NCBI GenBank assembly: GCA_964401865.1
Contig: CAYNZZ010000014.1
Span: 1-30,623, forward strand
Direction: 5' to 3'
Length of the DNA: 30,623 nt
Origin: an uncultured Erysipelotrichaceae bacterium
GTDB lineage: Bacteria > Bacillota_I > Bacilli_A > Erysipelotrichales > Erysipelotrichaceae
Below, piece by piece: positions 27,312-30,623 of this stretch. Made by a program: the position numbers and the translations under genes. Below the pieces are notes generated by a model. It did no database searches. It was not told the DNA's origin and worked only from the letters and a program-made list of their open reading frames with translations. Positions within the stretch are counted from its first letter, which is position 1, and each line of letters opens with the position of its first letter.

Positions 27312-28400
27312 ATGTCTTCCAAGGGTTGATAAGAGTTCGCAGGCAACGCTGCCGTATAATGATGATAGATAGGTGGCGTTAGTTAATTTATGATCGCCAA
27401 TCAATTCGACAATATCATCAACATTGCAGTCAATATCAGAAACATCAATCATCATTTGATCCATACAGATACCACCGATTATTTTTGCATACTGTCCTTT
27501 GATTATAACATGCCCATCTTTGGCTAATGCTTTAGGGTAACCGTCTTTATAACCGAGACATATCGTTGCGACCTTCATGTCTTTTTCGGCTTTAAAAATA
27601 GTTCCATACGATACATATTCACCACTTTTTATGTGGTTGATATGAATGATGTGACTTTTTAAAGAAAGAACAGGTTTTAAATTAATAGGGTATTTCTTAT
27701 TAGCGTGGCTTGAAATATCATTACCATACATCAACATGCCGATACGCACATAATCATAATTCAATTCAGGATAATTTATTAAGCCGTAACTTCCTTGGAT
27801 ATGGCTTTTTACATTTAAACCATCTTTTTTTAGTTCGTTTGTCAAATAATTAAATTTTTCTATTTGTTTATGAGTGAACGCTATGGCTTCTTCATTTAGG
27901 TTATCAGCCATTGAAAAATGCGAGTATATGCCTTTGATGTCTAGACATTTATATGAAAATAGTTCTTTAATTTTATCTATTTCATCAATATTAAATCCTA
28001 AGCGATGTAAACCGGTGTCAACTTGAATTTGAACCTTTAATCTTTTCTCCTTGATGAATGGCACAATTTTCAAAGCATAATCATAATCCACTATGCTTTG
28101 ACATAAATCATAATCTATTAGTTTTTGAATATCACTGGTGTGGGTATAACCTAAGATTAATATTTCGCCAAGTATTTTTTCTTCTCTTAATTTAATAGCC
28201 TCATCTATTGATGCTACTGCAAAGTATCTTACGCCTGCATCATTCAACACTTTTGCTACTAAAGGAGCATCGTGGCCATAAGCATTAGCTTTTAATACTG
28301 CTATGAACTCTGTATTTGGTTTAAGCATAGATGATAAAACTTGATAGTTATGTAAAAGATTTTCTTTATTTATTTCAATAAATGCGCGTTCGTATTGCAT
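27291..28400 (-). CDS. PLP-dependent amino-acid racemase (alanine/serine racemase family), soluble form
   Basis: PLP-lysine motif AVLKANAYGHD and the C-terminal catalytic region GEYVSYGT. I set the start at the ATG at 28400 behind AGGAG; the ORF-track start at 28442 is a TTG with no RBS. Confidence 0.9.
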   Translation of the reverse strand: MQYERAFIEINKENLLHNYQVLSSMLKPNTEFIAVLKANAYGHDAPLVAKVLNDAGVRYFAVASIDEAIKLREEKILGEILILGYTHTSDIQKLIDYDLCQSIVDYDYALKIVPFIKEKRLKVQIQVDTGLHRLGFNIDEIDKIKELFSYKCLDIKGIYSHFSMADNLNEEAIAFTHKQIEKFNYLTNELKKDGLNVKSHIQGSYGLINYPELNYDYVRIGMLMYGNDISSHANKKYPINLKPVLSLKSHIIHINHIKSGEYVSYGTIFKAEKDMKVATICLGYKDGYPKALAKDGHVIIKGQYAKIIGGICMDQMMIDVSDIDCNVDDIVELIGDHKLTNATYLSSLYGSVACELLSTLGRHLKRILV

Positions 28401-28414
28401 TTTATCTCCTTTGA

Positions 28415-28516
28415 TTAAAACGATGATTCCAGCAGAATGCAAAAGACGATGATTAATGTTGCAACTGCTATGACAATGATGCTTAAAAAGTTTTGATTAT
28501 TAATGAGTTTTGCCAT
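28415..28516 (-). CDS. Candidate 33-aa single-TM micro-ORF (MAKLINNQNFLSIIVIAVATLIIVFCILLESSF); absent from the ORF track
   Basis: Hand translation. The ATG overlaps the last 17 nt of the vanXY-like gene in another frame, and the stop lies 3 nt before the racemase SD. It has no SD of its own. Confidence 0.3.
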   Translation of the reverse strand: MAKLINNQNFLSIIVIAVATLIIVFCILLESSF

Positions 28517-29183
28517 ATTTACCGGTGTATATATAACCATCATAGTTATTAGGACTCATCGTATATCCTTTTATATCTAGTGGTTTTGAATTGTAGAATA
28601 TTTTGTAATCATCATATATTAGTGGTTTATTTAAAGAATAACTTTTAAGATATTCTAAGTATTCTTCAAGACATAAATTCATCTTTTTCATTATTTTGGA
28701 GTGAGGCAAACCGACAAATCTAAAATGCCAAGGTTCATAACCGATTTTAGTGATGCCTTCTTTATCTTTTGGATAACGTAATATAAAACCAAAATCTTGC
28801 ATATGGTTTAAAAAGTCTTGTCCGATTCCTTCATAAGAAAACTTAGGAGCGATAATATCGCTTTCTTCTTTGTCGGTGGATAAATCAATGGCTAAGCCGC
28901 TTTGGTGTTCACTGTGACCGGGAAGGGCTACAAATGTTTTGGTGTATTCAAGCCCGTGTTCTATTACCGAGTCATCAAAGATTTTCTTTTGATAAATTGA
29001 ACTTCGGTAAGCACTGATAGGGAATATCAAATCTTCGCCATCTATATACTCTAACAGTTCATGGAGCATGCGCGTGACTTCATTGTTTAGTAGATGTTCA
29101 GGATATTTATCACTATATGGAACTAGATTAGAAGTGCTTTCATCTAATCCATAGTCAAAATTAATCAGTCTTAAATCAATCAT
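28500..29183 (-). CDS. M15-family D,D-dipeptidase/D,D-carboxypeptidase (VanXY/VanY-like), cytoplasmic form
   Basis: 227 aa with Zn-site motifs SAYRS, SEHQSGLAIDL and EPWHFRF. There is no N-terminal signal peptide or TM segment. It overlaps the ligase gene by 8 nt. Confidence 0.85.
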   Translation of the reverse strand: MIDLRLINFDYGLDESTSNLVPYSDKYPEHLLNNEVTRMLHELLEYIDGEDLIFPISAYRSSIYQKKIFDDSVIEHGLEYTKTFVALPGHSEHQSGLAIDLSTDKEESDIIAPKFSYEGIGQDFLNHMQDFGFILRYPKDKEGITKIGYEPWHFRFVGLPHSKIMKKMNLCLEEYLEYLKSYSLNKPLIYDDYKIFYNSKPLDIKGYTMSPNNYDGYIYTGKYGKTH

Positions 29184-30177
29184 AAATATGTACCAAATAA
29201 TTAACGATGTCTTTAAAATTCATACCAATTGCATTAAGCATATTGGGTAAGCGAGAATGGTCGGTTAGGCCAGGAATAGTATTTATTTCATTAAAATAGA
29301 TATCTTGATTTTCATCGATAAACATATCAATGCGGGCAAAATGACGACATTTTAAGATGTGGAATAGTTTGTTGGCAGTATCTTTGATTTCTTGTCTTTT
29401 TTCAATTGAAAAGCGAGCAGGAAGATAAACTTTAGATGTATCACTCATATATTTATCTTCATAGTCAAAGAAGTCATGACTCATTTCTATTTCATCGACT
29501 TCACCGATGATAGTTTCTTTGTTTTCTAAAATGGCAACGCCAACCTCGACGCCTTTAATCTCTTCTTCAATAATTACTTCATCATCATATTTAAAGGCGT
29601 TATCAATTGCACTCATTAAATACTTTTCTTCATTTACTTTAGTAATACCAATAGAAGAACCGGCTTTTAAAGGTTTTACAAATAATGGGTATTTTAAATC
29701 GATTTTTTCAATGATGCTTTCTTTATTTAGCAGAATACTTTTTGCGACTTTAATGCCGATACTTTCAGCTACTTTATGGGATAGATATTTATCCATACAC
29801 AAGGCGCTTCCTAAAATATCACTACCCACAAGAGGAATACCAGCTAATTTGAGTAAGCCCTGTATAGTTCCATCTTCGCCGTTTTTACCATGAATGATAA
29901 TGATTGCCGAATCCACTTTAATTAATTGTGTGTTTAGATAAAAGCCATGGTCACTTTTATTAGGTGAAAAAATAATCTTATTGCTTCTTTCTTTCCATGA
30001 ATCATTTTTAATATCATCCAGTTGTCCTTCGAATAGATACATGTTGCCGTTTTTGTCAATTGGCAATAATAACGGTTTTATGTCGTTTGGCATATTAGAT
30101 ATAAAGGCGTATGCACTTTTTAGTGCTATTTCGTATTCGCTTGTTTCGCCTCCAAAAATTATTGCAAAGTTTTTCAT
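29176..30177 (-). CDS. D-alanine--D-X ligase (ATP-grasp Ddl/Van family; VanG/VanC-like by context)
   Basis: 333 aa with FGGETSEYEIAL, HGKNGEDGTIQG, LCMDK, PLFVKPLKAGSSIGI, FFDYEDKY, ARIDMF and NEINTIPGLTDHSRLPNM. AGGAGAG RBS. Confidence 0.88.
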   Translation of the reverse strand: MKNFAIIFGGETSEYEIALKSAYAFISNMPNDIKPLLLPIDKNGNMYLFEGQLDDIKNDSWKERSNKIIFSPNKSDHGFYLNTQLIKVDSAIIIIHGKNGEDGTIQGLLKLAGIPLVGSDILGSALCMDKYLSHKVAESIGIKVAKSILLNKESIIEKIDLKYPLFVKPLKAGSSIGITKVNEEKYLMSAIDNAFKYDDEVIIEEEIKGVEVGVAILENKETIIGEVDEIEMSHDFFDYEDKYMSDTSKVYLPARFSIEKRQEIKDTANKLFHILKCRHFARIDMFIDENQDIYFNEINTIPGLTDHSRLPNMLNAIGMNFKDIVNYLVHIYD

Positions 30178-30185
30178 ATTCTCTC

Positions 30186-30623
30186 CTAGCTTTCTGCCTC
30201 ATACAGCAATTTAACTACATTTGTATAAAGCTTTTTTTCTTCAAGGTTTTTATCTGATATTATTTCTTGAAAGATATCTACAGTTTCAAAACGCTCGCCA
30301 TTGATGGTATTGTAGGTAAGATTTTTATTGATAATGGAATACTTTTCTTTAATTTCTTCTCTGGCGTATAAACCACCAATTATTTCACTGTCAGTAAAAA
30401 CGATTTTGATCTGTATCGGTTGATTAGATATATTTTTAACTTTGAGATCCAGATATCCTTCTGCCACTGTGGCATCGATTCCTCTGATTGAAGCATTTGG
30501 ATCATCAAATTCTCTTGTCTGATGGCCATGTCGTTCAATGATTTCAAACGGTCCGTTTAAAAATAGATAGAATAGAAGATTAGATAATTGACATAGTCCG
30601 CCACCTGATACAAAAGCCATTTC
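30186..30623 (-). CDS. VanW-family protein, C-terminal part (gene continues beyond the window edge)
   Basis: It contains the VanW signature GGGLCQLSN near the window edge. The ATG at 30620 is probably internal, because this motif normally sits mid-protein. Confidence 0.7.
   Translation of the reverse strand, partial: EMAFVSGGGLCQLSNLLFYLFLNGPFEIIERHGHQTREFDDPNASIRGIDATVAEGYLDLKVKNISNQPIQIKIVFTDSEIIGGLYAREEIKEKYSIINKNLTYNTINGERFETVDIFQEIISDKNLEEKKLYTNVVKLLYEAES

Overview
AT-rich, densely coding chromosomal segment from a low-GC Firmicutes-type anaerobe (gene content looks Erysipelotrichia/Clostridia-like). It uses the standard genetic code, and most genes have Shine-Dalgarno sites. I saw no rRNA, tRNA, CRISPR array, transposase or integrase. 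Gene order: Fe-type alcohol dehydrogenase (-); feoA-feoA-feoB plus an unlisted Cys-rich sORF (+), preceded by four copies of an 18-bp palindromic operator-like motif; CofE-like ligase (-); malQ (+); thioredoxin-fold lipoprotein and a B12/radical-SAM enzyme (-); cutC and a GNAT (+); a small PPase-like protein, a DEDDh exonuclease and a 2-TM protein (-); tgt-queA (+); a GntR / CUT2-type sugar ABC transporter / nanE / ROK kinase operon (+); queH (+); a marR / tandem-activase fusion / dehydratase-like subunit operon (-); glpK (+); and a VanG-order cluster (vanW partial, D-Ala-D-X ligase, VanXY-like peptidase, soluble racemase) running off the 3' edge (-). The leads most worth follow-up are: (1) the van-like cluster, whose racemase lacks the VanT membrane domain and which has a 33-codon TM sORF in the spacer; (2) the MarR-linked ATP-dependent activase/dehydratase-like operon of unknown substrate; (3) a nanE/nanK operon served by a ribose-type ABC importer with no nanA; (4) the non-Fur palindrome array controlling feo. 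All functional calls rest on reading motifs by eye. No database search was run.
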